A DNA stretch of 64,000 nucleotides from Candidatus Gottesmanbacteria bacterium UBA5942 (GCA_002430725.1 DJCU01000035.1:19324-83323), one strand, 5' to 3'. Shown: positions 29,017-38,421, numbered from the stretch's first letter. Notes: generated by a model from the sequence alone, not told the origin. Program-made: numbers and translations.

Positions 29017-29196
29017 ATGAACGAAACAGACAAACAATCAGTTGTAGAAATAGTACCCGGAAAACGACCTCCGGTGGCATGGATGATCGCATCCGTTACC
29101 AACGAGGCGCAGTCGGTCACGGTAATATTTCCTATGCTGCCCGATGCAGTAAATACTGTCCCTGCAGGAACTGCGGGTATACAACAACAAGGGTAA
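29017..29196 (+). CDS. Orphan 59-aa ORF
   Basis: MNETDKQSVVEIVPGKRPPVAWMIASVTNEAQSVTVIFPMLPDAVNTVPAGTAGIQQQG, directly after the attenuator. Confidence 0.45.
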   Translation: MNETDKQSVVEIVPGKRPPVAWMIASVTNEAQSVTVIFPMLPDAVNTVPAGTAGIQQQG

Positions 29197-29336
29197 ACGT
29201 TACGTAAAAGCTCTTTAACAATTCCATACAGCGTGTTCTTGGCTAATGATAAAGACAGAAAATAATCCTGTCCTTTTCTGTCTTTTTCCTTATCCGAAAA
29301 CATCACCGAAAATTATTTCGAAAGAGGAGTTTGCGT

Positions 29337-29399
29337 ATGAAGTCTGCAGTGAAAAAATTTAACAATGCACTATCTTGGTCGAACAATTCATTTAGTTAG
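29337..29399 (+). CDS. Putative 20-aa peptide MKSAVKKFNNALSWSNNSFS
   Basis: GAGGAG SD upstream; its stop overlaps the SD of the next ORF. Confidence 0.35.
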   Translation: MKSAVKKFNNALSWSNNSFS

Positions 29400-29410
29400 A
29401 GGAGTCAGTC

Positions 29411-29677
29411 ATGAGTAAGAAACGAAGAGGTTCAGTTCCAGTCACCGTAAGACAACCACTAATACCGCAGGTTATCAGCTTATTTACACTCAGACCACAA
29501 ACGTCTGGCACATGCAAATGCAGGAGCAAAAAATACCACAGGGGTGGTAAGTGTCCTGCCCAGACTCCAGGTCGCGACGATGAATGTACGTGGTGCGCAA
29601 AAGGGCATCCTGACCACGGTCATCACGATGAACACCGTCACAAACCGAGACGCCAACAACGGACACAACCGCATTAG
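29411..29677 (+). CDS. Basic Cys/His-rich small protein
   Basis: GAGGAG SD; CKC..H....C..CTWC..GH and a His-rich tail. Confidence 0.55.
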   Translation: MSKKRRGSVPVTVRQPLIPQVISLFTLRPQTSGTCKCRSKKYHRGGKCPAQTPGRDDECTWCAKGHPDHGHHDEHRHKPRRQQRTQPH

Positions 29678-29913
29678 GCGTGGGGGCAAACTTCTCTATG
29701 GAGACCTCATTATGGAGAGGTCTCCATAGTATTATTTTTGGGTCAGAGCTATATGTTAATAATTTTGAGCAATTTACTGCTCCTTATTTATTTTCATTTG
29801 GTCTCATACCCAATTTCCGACATTTTGTCCTTATACACGCTTTTTCTGAAGCAGTGAACGCACATTAATTTTCACTGTTTCAATCCAAGCGTGTATGAGG
29901 AACATATATACCT

Positions 29914-29964
29914 AAAACCCCGTATCAGGGTAGCACAAGCGCTATCTTTTGATGCGGGGTTTTT
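29914..29964. terminator. Long bidirectional terminator hairpin
   Basis: AAAACCCCGTATCAGGGTAGC / GCTATCTTTTGATGCGGGGTTTTT. Confidence 0.75.
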
Positions 29965-29981
29965 AATTGAAAAAATCGTAC

Positions 29982-31652
29982 TTAACGAGGAATGACTATG
30001 TCTTTTATCTTTAACTGCAAATTACGTCTCCCATTCCATTCATTCATATCGATCGAATACGCAATATGAACTGGCACGTTCGTTTCTAAACTGCCATAGA
30101 GATCAGCCATGTTAAAAGCAACAGCATCGACCACTCGCCCCGAGCCCGCGTGCACTTTACACTTTATATGTTTCCGGGTCGCACCGATGAGACGAACATC
30201 GGTAATGGTTACATCCATCGAAGCAAAAAGCGGTTCGTAGTTTCCAAACCCGAAAGGCTCTAACATCTGTATTTTTTGCCAGAGAGATTCTGTCGCCATA
30301 CTAAATGGTATTTCCGCATCAATATGAAGTACCCGCTTCAACATTTCTTCATCAATCTGCTTTTCTGCAAGCGCTTCTAATCTACTAGTGAGTACCGGAA
30401 TATTTTTCGCAGTCACCGTAAATCCAGCCGCCATCGGATGACCACCAACATCTACTAATACATCACTACAACTCCTGATAGCTTCAACAATATTAAATCC
30501 CGGAATACTGCGAGCAGATGCTTTGGCAAAACCATCCGCTATAGCAAGCACTATTGATGGTCTCCAATACTCTTCTACTAACCTCCCGGCGACTAATCCA
30601 ATAACCCCGGGATTATATGTTTCGTGTGATATAACAATTATTTTTTTGAGCGTCTTTGGCACTAATTCTTTTGCGTGCGTCACCGTATCTATGGTGAGCT
30701 GTTGTCGTTCTTTATTGGTAGTTCCCAGTTTTTGCGCGAGCAATCCCGCCTTGACCCCATCTTTTGTACAAAGAAGTCGCAACGCATCCAGTGCATGCTC
30801 CAGTCTCCCCATCGCGTTGAGACGCGGCGCAAGCATGTGGCTCACCGTATACGTATCTATCGCACTTTTCTCGATCCCCGCTTCAGCGATCAGTGCGTTA
30901 AATCCTATACGATTTGTCTTTCGTAATACTCCAAGCCCAAATTTGACGATAGAACGATTAATGCCGGCCAAAGGCAATAAATCCGCAATCGTCCCTACCG
31001 CTGCTAGCGCGGTAAGCTCTCGCTCGTGCTGACTGGCATCACCACCACTTGTGGCAAGTAATGCTTTCGAGACAAACCACGAAACTCCCGAACCAGAAAG
31101 GAGGGTCGTATGCACAATCTGACAATCTGGCAATTTCTCTGGCTTCACATGGTGGTCAGTAATAATCACTTCTATCCCGAGTTTTTTTGCATATTCCACT
31201 TGTTCCTTCGCGGTTATCCCATGATCCACCGTAATAATAAGCGTGGGGTCATACTGGCTGCGTACGGCATCTATTCCTTTTTCTGATAGTCCATATCCTT
31301 CGTCCACTCGATGCGGAATATAAGGCATCACCCGAGCACCCAGGTGCCATAGTGTTTCCCACATGATTGCTCCCGCAGTAATACCGTCCGCATCGTAATC
31401 GGCATACACCACGACCGATTCCTTGTTCTTTATCGCTTTCTGAATGCGAATAATCGCTTTTGCCAACGCTTTAGGATCAATACCAACGTCTTTTGCCCGT
31501 AACGAGCCGGGCTCAGGAGGCGTGAGAAACGTTTCGCGCTCCGCGGAGGTGTTAATGCCCCTATCCCGGAGGATATCTTCGATGATCAGCTCTGCAGTAA
31601 GCTTTGAGCCGTCAGTTACAAACTGTTTGCTAATCTGCCACTTCTTAGCCAT
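29982..31652 (-). CDS. recJ: ssDNA exonuclease RecJ
   Basis: DYDADG, TVDHG, TDHH, PRLNAMGR, GGHPMAAG; start at ATG 31652. Confidence 0.95.
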   Translation of the reverse strand: MAKKWQISKQFVTDGSKLTAELIIEDILRDRGINTSAERETFLTPPEPGSLRAKDVGIDPKALAKAIIRIQKAIKNKESVVVYADYDADGITAGAIMWETLWHLGARVMPYIPHRVDEGYGLSEKGIDAVRSQYDPTLIITVDHGITAKEQVEYAKKLGIEVIITDHHVKPEKLPDCQIVHTTLLSGSGVSWFVSKALLATSGGDASQHERELTALAAVGTIADLLPLAGINRSIVKFGLGVLRKTNRIGFNALIAEAGIEKSAIDTYTVSHMLAPRLNAMGRLEHALDALRLLCTKDGVKAGLLAQKLGTTNKERQQLTIDTVTHAKELVPKTLKKIIVISHETYNPGVIGLVAGRLVEEYWRPSIVLAIADGFAKASARSIPGFNIVEAIRSCSDVLVDVGGHPMAAGFTVTAKNIPVLTSRLEALAEKQIDEEMLKRVLHIDAEIPFSMATESLWQKIQMLEPFGFGNYEPLFASMDVTITDVRLIGATRKHIKCKVHAGSGRVVDAVAFNMADLYGSLETNVPVHIAYSIDMNEWNGRRNLQLKIKDIVIPR

Positions 31653-31670
31653 TGGGGGTATAATATCAGT
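31653..31670. promoter_or_regulatory. Bidirectional overlapping -10 elements for leaderless recJ and cca
   Basis: Plus strand TATAAT-6-ATG; minus strand TATTAT-7-ATG. Confidence 0.7.
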
Positions 31671-33053
31671 ATGATCAGCCTTCCTCAATCAGCGGCATCA
31701 GTTATTAACACCTTGCATGACGCAGGTTTCGAAGCGTACGCAGTTGGTGGATCTATACGTGATTTACTTCTTGGAATGGAAACCAAAGGGTGGGATTTCA
31801 CCACAAACGCAACACCAGAAGAAATCCTTGCGTTATTTCCAGACAGCTTTTATGACAATCTCTTTGGAACCGTTGGTATAAAAATCAGAAAATCATTCGA
31901 CACCGCTCAGGACGAACAAAAAGCCGAAATAGAAGATATATATGAAATTACTACCTATAGAAGTGAGGAGGGATACGAAGATCATCGTCATCCGGATAAA
32001 ATCTCTTGGGGTAAAACACTCCAAGAAGATCTCGCTAGGCGCGATTTTACGATAAACGCCATCGCCTTTGACGGAAAAGAATTGATTGATCCCTATGACG
32101 GACAAAAAGACCTCCACAATAAATGTATCCGCACTGTGGGGGCGGCGACAGAACGATTTGCCGAAGATGCACTCCGCATGCTTCGAGCAGTCCGCTTTGC
32201 TGCCCGATTAGGTTTTTCTATAGAAGACGATACCGCAAAAGCAATCACCCTGCATGCAAAGTCTCTTACAAAAATTTCAGCAGAACGAATACGGGATGAG
32301 TTTTTTAAAATCCTAACAGCAACCCATGCTGCAGATGCAGTGTTAGTTCTTAAAAATCTCGGGCTTCTTTTCTATATTCTGCCTGAACTGGAAACTTCAT
32401 TTGCTACACCACAAAAAAGTCCCAAACGACATCATATCTATGATGTGGGCACTCACTCTGTTATGGCCCTTAAGCACTGTCCGTCAGCCGATCCTGTCGT
32501 ACGTCTCGCCACCCTTATCCATGATTTAGGAAAACCAAAAACATTCCGCCAAGATAGCACCGGACTTATCACTTTTTACAATCACGAAGTTGCAGGCGCT
32601 CACATAGCCAAAGATGTCGGGAAAAGACTACGACTTTCCAAAAAACAATCAGACCTCCTCTATACACTGGTGCGATGGCATCAATTCAGTGTCGATGAAC
32701 GGCAAACAGACAGTGCGTTACGGCGTTTTATAAGAAGAGTTGGTAAAGAAAATCTTTCCCATATCCTCGCGCTCCGCATAGGAGACAGACTTGGTGGTGG
32801 TGCGACAGAAACATCATGGCGACTTGAGCTATATAAAAAACGACTAGAAGAAGTGCAGCTACAACCGTTTACTGTTTCAGACCTCCATGTAAACGGGCAT
32901 GATGTGATGGCACTTTATGGAGTTCCTCCCGGACGAATTATCGGAGAAGTATTGGATGCATTGTTTGCCGAAGTAGAAGCTGGCTCATTACCAAATGATC
33001 GGGATGCACTTCTCAAACGGATGGAAGAACTCAAAAAAACCACTCTTCACTAA
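31671..33053 (+). CDS. cca: CCA tRNA nucleotidyltransferase with HD domain
   Basis: VGGSIRD, RRDFTINA, EDALRMLRA, SAERI, HDLGK. Confidence 0.88.
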   Translation: MISLPQSAASVINTLHDAGFEAYAVGGSIRDLLLGMETKGWDFTTNATPEEILALFPDSFYDNLFGTVGIKIRKSFDTAQDEQKAEIEDIYEITTYRSEEGYEDHRHPDKISWGKTLQEDLARRDFTINAIAFDGKELIDPYDGQKDLHNKCIRTVGAATERFAEDALRMLRAVRFAARLGFSIEDDTAKAITLHAKSLTKISAERIRDEFFKILTATHAADAVLVLKNLGLLFYILPELETSFATPQKSPKRHHIYDVGTHSVMALKHCPSADPVVRLATLIHDLGKPKTFRQDSTGLITFYNHEVAGAHIAKDVGKRLRLSKKQSDLLYTLVRWHQFSVDERQTDSALRRFIRRVGKENLSHILALRIGDRLGGGATETSWRLELYKKRLEEVQLQPFTVSDLHVNGHDVMALYGVPPGRIIGEVLDALFAEVEAGSLPNDRDALLKRMEELKKTTLH

Positions 33054-33067
33054 CAAACGAAGAACTA

Positions 33068-33952
33068 TTAGCGATGCGCTAACCTTTTCGCTTCCAGCTT
33101 GTGCCACAGCAACAGCACAGGAGTTGCCACAAATGGTGATGAGTATGTTCCTGATACCGTACCGATAAGCAACGCCACAACAAACCACTTCGTGGTATCT
33201 CCACCCATGAGCACGAGTGCCACTAACATAAAAATAATCGTAAACGAGTTAGTAAGCGATCGGTTCATAGTCTCGGTAACGGCAATATCGGAAATTTCCT
33301 CAAATGAGCGCGATCGGTCACGTTTTGTATACTCACGAATACGATCAAATACCACGATCGTATCGTGCACTGAAAAACTCATAGTGGTAAGAAATGCGGT
33401 CACAAATAATGTGTCTACCTCGACACCAAAGAAATGCCCAAACAGTGAAAAGCTTCCCAACACTACTAAAAGATCATGAAGTAGTGCCACCACAGCAGCG
33501 ACTCCAAATCGAATATTCTTAAACGCGTATGCTACGTATCCCAAGATGGCTGATGCTGCCAAGATAGCCGCGACCATTGTTTTCGACAATAATTCTTTTC
33601 CAAGTGTCGGCCCTACGGTTTCGTTACGAACTGCAAGCGCGCTTACCGATGCCAGCCGCTCAATCCCTTCGGTCATCAATGCAATTTTCTGATTTGTCTC
33701 TGGCTTCATGCGGATAAGATACGCATTCCCACCTGATTGTTGAACGCTCACGAGACTTACCTCTGCATCAGTAGCGGCCTGACGCATCACATCCTCCGGG
33801 ACTTGCGCACTGGTCCGATATTCCACAAGTGTTCCTCCAGAAAAATCTATAGATGGTCGAAATCCATAGCGCACAAGGGAAAATATCCCCGGCACCAACA
33901 CAAGCGCAGAAATAATCGCATACAGCCAAATATATTTACTAAATCTAATCAT
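33068..33952 (-). CDS. secF: Protein translocase subunit SecF
   Basis: IDFSGG, VGPTLG, HD, DTIVVFDRIRE, GTYSS. Confidence 0.95.
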   Translation of the reverse strand: MIRFSKYIWLYAIISALVLVPGIFSLVRYGFRPSIDFSGGTLVEYRTSAQVPEDVMRQAATDAEVSLVSVQQSGGNAYLIRMKPETNQKIALMTEGIERLASVSALAVRNETVGPTLGKELLSKTMVAAILAASAILGYVAYAFKNIRFGVAAVVALLHDLLVVLGSFSLFGHFFGVEVDTLFVTAFLTTMSFSVHDTIVVFDRIREYTKRDRSRSFEEISDIAVTETMNRSLTNSFTIIFMLVALVLMGGDTTKWFVVALLIGTVSGTYSSPFVATPVLLLWHKLEAKRLAHR

Positions 33953-34017
33953 ACGTTTTTTTCTCCTTGTAAAAATCTTACGATTTTTGATCCTCCTGTA
34001 CGCGCTTCGTGCGGATT

Positions 34018-35376
34018 CTATTCGCTTCGCTTTTCGGAATAAAATACGCGAATAAATGTCCGGGTCACGACAATTCCAGTAAACAAACTGACAAACACTC
34101 CGATAAGCAATGTTGCGGCAAACCCCCGCACAAGCCCGCTTGATGGCAGGATTGACCAGTTACCGGGATTAAACAGAATAAGGCTCGTGATAATGGTGGT
34201 AAAATTTGCATCCCGTATACTATCCCATGCTTTCCCGAACGCGTGCTCTATTGCTATCTTCCATGGCTTACCGCCTCTTAACTCCTCTTTGTATCGCTCA
34301 AATATAAGTATGTTACTATCGACCGCCATACCGATGGAAAGTAAAAATCCAGCAATTCCTGGTAAGGTTAGCGTCACGCCAAAAAGCCTAAATAATCCAA
34401 ATGCAAGCAATCCATATATGATAAGCGCAGCGTCAGCAATAAGCCCCAACCTACCATACTGTGCGATCATAAATATCGCAACAAATCCTAAACCAATTAC
34501 TCCCGCTCGAATACTTTTTGTAACCGACTCAGCTCCCAATGTCGCTTCCACTGTTCGTTGCTCCACTGGCTTTACTGACACCGGAAGCGCTCCAGCGTTG
34601 AGTTGTAGCGCCAACGTTTTTGCACCTTCTTGAGTAAAGCTACCAGTAATTACCGCATTTCCTTCAGAGATAACTCCCTGGACGACTGGCGCGGTAAGCG
34701 GGATGTCATCAAGAAATATAGCGAGAGGCTTACCAGTAAGACGTCTTGTCGCCTCTGCAAATTTTTTTCCTCCCTCGCTGTTAAACTCCAAAGCGATTTC
34801 AGGTTCGCCTGTGTTGGGGCTAAACTGCATGCTTGCACGAGCCAAATCTTTTCCGGTAAGACCCACTGACGTTGTAGTCTCAAGCGTGGGGATAATAAAT
34901 GCTCCAGGGCTTGCTTCACTCTCATCAATAAATTCTCGGAAATCAAGGAGAGCGGTCTGCCCAATAAGCGAAATCGCCTGATCCACATCACTCACCCCTG
35001 GTAATTCCACGATAATTCGATATGAATTTTCCGAGACAGCTGTCTGCACGACCGGCTCTGCCACACCAAAAAAGTTTACCCTGCGATCTATCACTTCTTT
35101 CGCTGATTCCAGCGCGGTCGCTCGATCGCTTTGACGGATATCTTTCATATCCGCTTCCAACACCACATGACTTCCTCCAGCCAGATCAAGCCCCAAGGAT
35201 GTCGTAAATTTCTTTTCAAAACCGAATAGCCGGATAGTTGGCGGATTAATCACCCTATCAACGGTAAAACCTAATGCAGAAAACTTTAGGCGATAATTTT
35301 CCGGCAAATCAATCACGACAAGAAGCATCGTGAGGATGAATAACAAAAAAAATACCCTCCGTGGGTTTTTAAACAT
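34018..35376 (-). CDS. secD: Protein translocase subunit SecD
   Basis: LGLDLAGG, GALP, LTLPGIAG, IGMAVDSNILIFER. Confidence 0.95.
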   Translation of the reverse strand: MFKNPRRVFFLLFILTMLLVVIDLPENYRLKFSALGFTVDRVINPPTIRLFGFEKKFTTSLGLDLAGGSHVVLEADMKDIRQSDRATALESAKEVIDRRVNFFGVAEPVVQTAVSENSYRIIVELPGVSDVDQAISLIGQTALLDFREFIDESEASPGAFIIPTLETTTSVGLTGKDLARASMQFSPNTGEPEIALEFNSEGGKKFAEATRRLTGKPLAIFLDDIPLTAPVVQGVISEGNAVITGSFTQEGAKTLALQLNAGALPVSVKPVEQRTVEATLGAESVTKSIRAGVIGLGFVAIFMIAQYGRLGLIADAALIIYGLLAFGLFRLFGVTLTLPGIAGFLLSIGMAVDSNILIFERYKEELRGGKPWKIAIEHAFGKAWDSIRDANFTTIITSLILFNPGNWSILPSSGLVRGFAATLLIGVFVSLFTGIVVTRTFIRVFYSEKRSE

Positions 35377-35470
35377 ATTAAGTATCTTACCTTACCGGTT
35401 AATCAGTCGGAATCTATGTATTGTATTTATTTGCAGGATACAAGGTCAAGTCCGGGTTAACACAAAAGAA

Positions 35471-36052
35471 TTAACTTACTAATTCTTCTTCATCACCAAC
35501 GAGCATGACTCGTGAACCCGCTAATATTTCTAATACAAATGGATCACGTCTGCGTTTCCTAAATGAAAACTCCTCCTCTGTCATCACTGTATAGTTGAGC
35601 TCACGTTCTCTTCGAACTTCTTCTCCTTTGACCATATTAGACAATTCGGGCAACACCACAGACCCTACGATCAAAAGATCAACATCGCTACTACTTTTAT
35701 GTGGTAACCCACGCAAATACCTTCCTGACAGCATTGCGTATTTGATTTTCCCAAGTTTCACTTTATTTTTTACGATATCCCACCCTAAGCCTGTTGTTTT
35801 TCCCACAAGCTCCATCAGTTCAAAATACAACGGATACTCTTTGCGGAACCGATAAAACAATCTGTTTGCGCGCTGCTCTTTGGCAAGCATTCCACCCTTT
35901 TCAAGGTGTGCAAGCTCCCGCCGCACCGCATTTATCTCCTCGCCCACCTGCCGCACTATTTCACGAACATGATAAATAGTCGAAGGGTTATTCAAAAATA
36001 ATGAAAGCATCTTCACTCTGACTCGAGAGATAATCAGATCTTCAAGAAGCAT
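35471..36052 (-). CDS. wHTH plus nucleotidyltransferase-like (MNT) protein
   Basis: HVREIVR..NAVRREL; SG..SDVDLLIVG. Confidence 0.65.
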   Translation of the reverse strand: MLLEDLIISRVRVKMLSLFLNNPSTIYHVREIVRQVGEEINAVRRELAHLEKGGMLAKEQRANRLFYRFRKEYPLYFELMELVGKTTGLGWDIVKNKVKLGKIKYAMLSGRYLRGLPHKSSSDVDLLIVGSVVLPELSNMVKGEEVRRERELNYTVMTEEEFSFRKRRRDPFVLEILAGSRVMLVGDEEELVS

Positions 36053-36092
36053 ATATCCTCCTTCTCCGCCGGATGGCGGCCTGGGCAGAGGT

Positions 36093-37265
36093 TTAATACG
36101 TTACTGTTGTTCCTGTGGGCAACATTTCTATCCATATTTGCCCGCGAGTTAAGTTAATTTCTTTATTCGCTGTATCAAAAAACTTTGTCCGCGCGTTTCT
36201 TGTCTCTTTTTTCCAAACTCCTTTGGTAGCCTCTCCATCCTGGAATACAATTGCCTCACCGCTCCCGATATTTTCATACAAAAGATGCGCGTGTGTATCA
36301 ACTGGCCCAATCTCTTTCGCAAATAATATGACTACTACTTTGGCGGATAGCTGCTCTTTGGTTTCCAAATCAGTATGCGCGATACCACCGTTATACCGCT
36401 TATAGACATTGGCGGTTTTATCGTAGTCCCACCGTACACCGTACTGCTTTTCATACCCTTTCCAGGCTGAAAAACTTATAGAGGTGTTTGTCCCACGCTC
36501 ATTCTCTTTTGCATCGTCTTTGAATTTCCAAGGCTGAAACCCTTTATCCCAAGAAACTCCAGAAGCATCGGTGTTTGTCCACCCTCTGGTTTTGGCGAGA
36601 GCGATAAGCTTGTCTGTGACACATACCATAGTGTGCTCTGTCGCGACAGGATGATCTAATCGATCGTAATTTCTGAAACACGTAGGAAATGAGATGCCAA
36701 ACTGATCCATGTCCTTCACTTTGTATTGTTGAATATGGCAAAGTGCTTTGGCACGATCATCAACTGTATCGTCATTACAAAGACCAGCTCCTCCGACATG
36801 GTTATACAACGCATCGTATTCTAATACCCAAGGCAAATAGTATTCGCGTGCGCTTCGTACTGGCGCCAAGTTTACAGTTTCTGCCGCTATACCGCAGTAA
36901 AAAATACCCATAAATCGAGTAATTCCTCCTTCGGCAACTGCCTCATATACAACATCAGCCTTGGATAATCCTGACTGTGGACGTGATTCTTCATGGTTTT
37001 CTATCATGACCGCAAGCGGTCTCCGTGCCGACCAAATATCTTTTTCTTGCTTTGTATACAATTTACCGTTTATCGGACAAACCTCTGTGCGAGGCAAAGA
37101 CGGATCTATAGCGAAATGCTCTTGTTGCCCATTTTGTGTAACAGGTGTTTTGCTACCAGAAGATGTTTTCCCCAGGAAAGAAAAACCAGCGTACGACAAA
37201 CCAGTCGCAGCGAGATAAAGTACTAAACCAACAATAATCGTAGAAATAAATTTTTGTTTGTTCAT
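36093..37265 (-). CDS. DUF3048-domain membrane-anchored protein
   Basis: RPLAVMIENH, RPQSGL, EGGITRF, PVRSAR. Confidence 0.85.
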   Translation of the reverse strand: MNKQKFISTIIVGLVLYLAATGLSYAGFSFLGKTSSGSKTPVTQNGQQEHFAIDPSLPRTEVCPINGKLYTKQEKDIWSARRPLAVMIENHEESRPQSGLSKADVVYEAVAEGGITRFMGIFYCGIAAETVNLAPVRSAREYYLPWVLEYDALYNHVGGAGLCNDDTVDDRAKALCHIQQYKVKDMDQFGISFPTCFRNYDRLDHPVATEHTMVCVTDKLIALAKTRGWTNTDASGVSWDKGFQPWKFKDDAKENERGTNTSISFSAWKGYEKQYGVRWDYDKTANVYKRYNGGIAHTDLETKEQLSAKVVVILFAKEIGPVDTHAHLLYENIGSGEAIVFQDGEATKGVWKKETRNARTKFFDTANKEINLTRGQIWIEMLPTGTTVTY

Positions 37266-37744
37266 GATATTCCTCCTATATGTTTTGCGTTATCTATGGC
37301 TGATTCTTCTTCCTTTGATAACGCAAGATCTTTTCCTTTTCCTGCTATTATTTCTTTTATATACCATCTGTTGCCTGCCCGAGCATAGAGTGATGTCATC
37401 ACGATACCGGAATTTTTTCCGTCAAGCAGGGCAATCGAAAAACTTTGTGCTCCTCCCGTATCGGCAAACGGATTAAATCGGACAATGCCAATTCGTTGTA
37501 CATGTAAAGCGCCATCCGCCTGTAGTTCGCGTGTCACTTTCTCAAGCGCCACACTTCTGGATTTCATATCCTGAAGTGAATTGAGCATGGATTCAAGCAC
37601 TTCCAAGAGACTCTGCTTGGTGACACCCTTACTTAACCTATTATAATGGGAAATCATCCGAATTAGCAAAACGGAAATGATACTGAGCCATATCAAAAAA
37701 CCTATGGCAATTCCTGTAATAAGTAACGTGCTATTGAACACCAT
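37262..37744 (-). CDS. DUF4446-family protein
   Basis: TM, coiled coil, GIVRFNPF..GG.QSFSIALLD. Confidence 0.85.
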   Translation of the reverse strand: MVFNSTLLITGIAIGFLIWLSIISVLLIRMISHYNRLSKGVTKQSLLEVLESMLNSLQDMKSRSVALEKVTRELQADGALHVQRIGIVRFNPFADTGGAQSFSIALLDGKNSGIVMTSLYARAGNRWYIKEIIAGKGKDLALSKEEESAIDNAKHIGGIS

Positions 37745-37850
37745 TCGTATTCATTATATTACGATTCCAATTTAATTTTTGTCAATCACGATTTCTGGAT
37801 ATTACGAGAGGCAACACAACACTACTCGCTTCACATCGAGGCTATTTTAT

Positions 37851-37880
37851 TTGACAACCGAAGCCGCGCTATGCTACGCT
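37851..37880 (+). promoter_or_regulatory. Sigma70 promoter
   Basis: TTGACA-18-TACGCT with a TG extension. Confidence 0.55.
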
Positions 37881-37903
37881 CATGCGCACGGATATTACGC
37901 AGT

Positions 37904-38179
37904 ATGCCTAAGAAAACAAAAAAGGAAAAACTGCTCGCTCAGCGTCACAGAACGAAACTACCCCCTGTGGCGATCCAAACTACCTCGGAAACGCCAGCTC
38001 TACCACTGATGCCCACACAAATTTCATTTACTATTCCAAACATACATAAATCATCTTCTGCAAAAACAGTCACACAAGAAGAATCAAGGGTATTACGTGC
38101 AGACATAATAAAAACGGTTATTCTTACGACTATTATTCTTATAAGTGAATTCCTGCTCGCTCGATCATTGCCGCAATAA
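37904..38179 (+). CDS. Small tail-anchored membrane protein
   Basis: MPKKTKKEK start; C-terminal TM. Confidence 0.6.
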   Translation: MPKKTKKEKLLAQRHRTKLPPVAIQTTSETPALPLMPTQISFTIPNIHKSSSAKTVTQEESRVLRADIIKTVILTTIILISEFLLARSLPQ

Positions 38180-38214
38180 AAAAAGTATTGTGGTGAAAGG
38201 AGGTGAATACTACT

Positions 38215-38355
38215 ATGGCACAAATGTATTGTGTAAAATGCCGCGCGAAGCGCGAAGATCCAAACGCCGTTAAAGTTACCATGAAAAATGGCAAACCGGC
38301 TATGAAAGGCAAATGCCCGGTCTGTGGTACAGGAATGTACAAGATTGGTGGCTAA
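38215..38355 (+). CDS. DUF5679-like zinc-ribbon microprotein (46 aa)
   Basis: AAGGAGGTGA SD; MAQMYCVKC...MKNGKPAMKGKCPVCGTGMYKIGG; not in the ORF track. Confidence 0.85.
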   Translation: MAQMYCVKCRAKREDPNAVKVTMKNGKPAMKGKCPVCGTGMYKIGG

Positions 38356-38385
38356 TTTTTTTCTGGTAAGACGTTTTATCAAAAT

Positions 38386-38417
38386 ACCCCGCGTCCTAAA
38401 AGGCGCGGGGTTTTTTT
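38386..38417 (+). terminator. Intrinsic terminator
   Basis: ACCCCGCGTC / GGCGCGGGGT followed by a T run. Confidence 0.8.
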
Positions 38418-38421
38418 ATCT

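Noticed and set aside
29007-29306. 99-aa minus-strand ORF
   Set aside because: It is antisense to the promoter-, SD- and attenuator-supported plus-strand unit and has no supporting signals.
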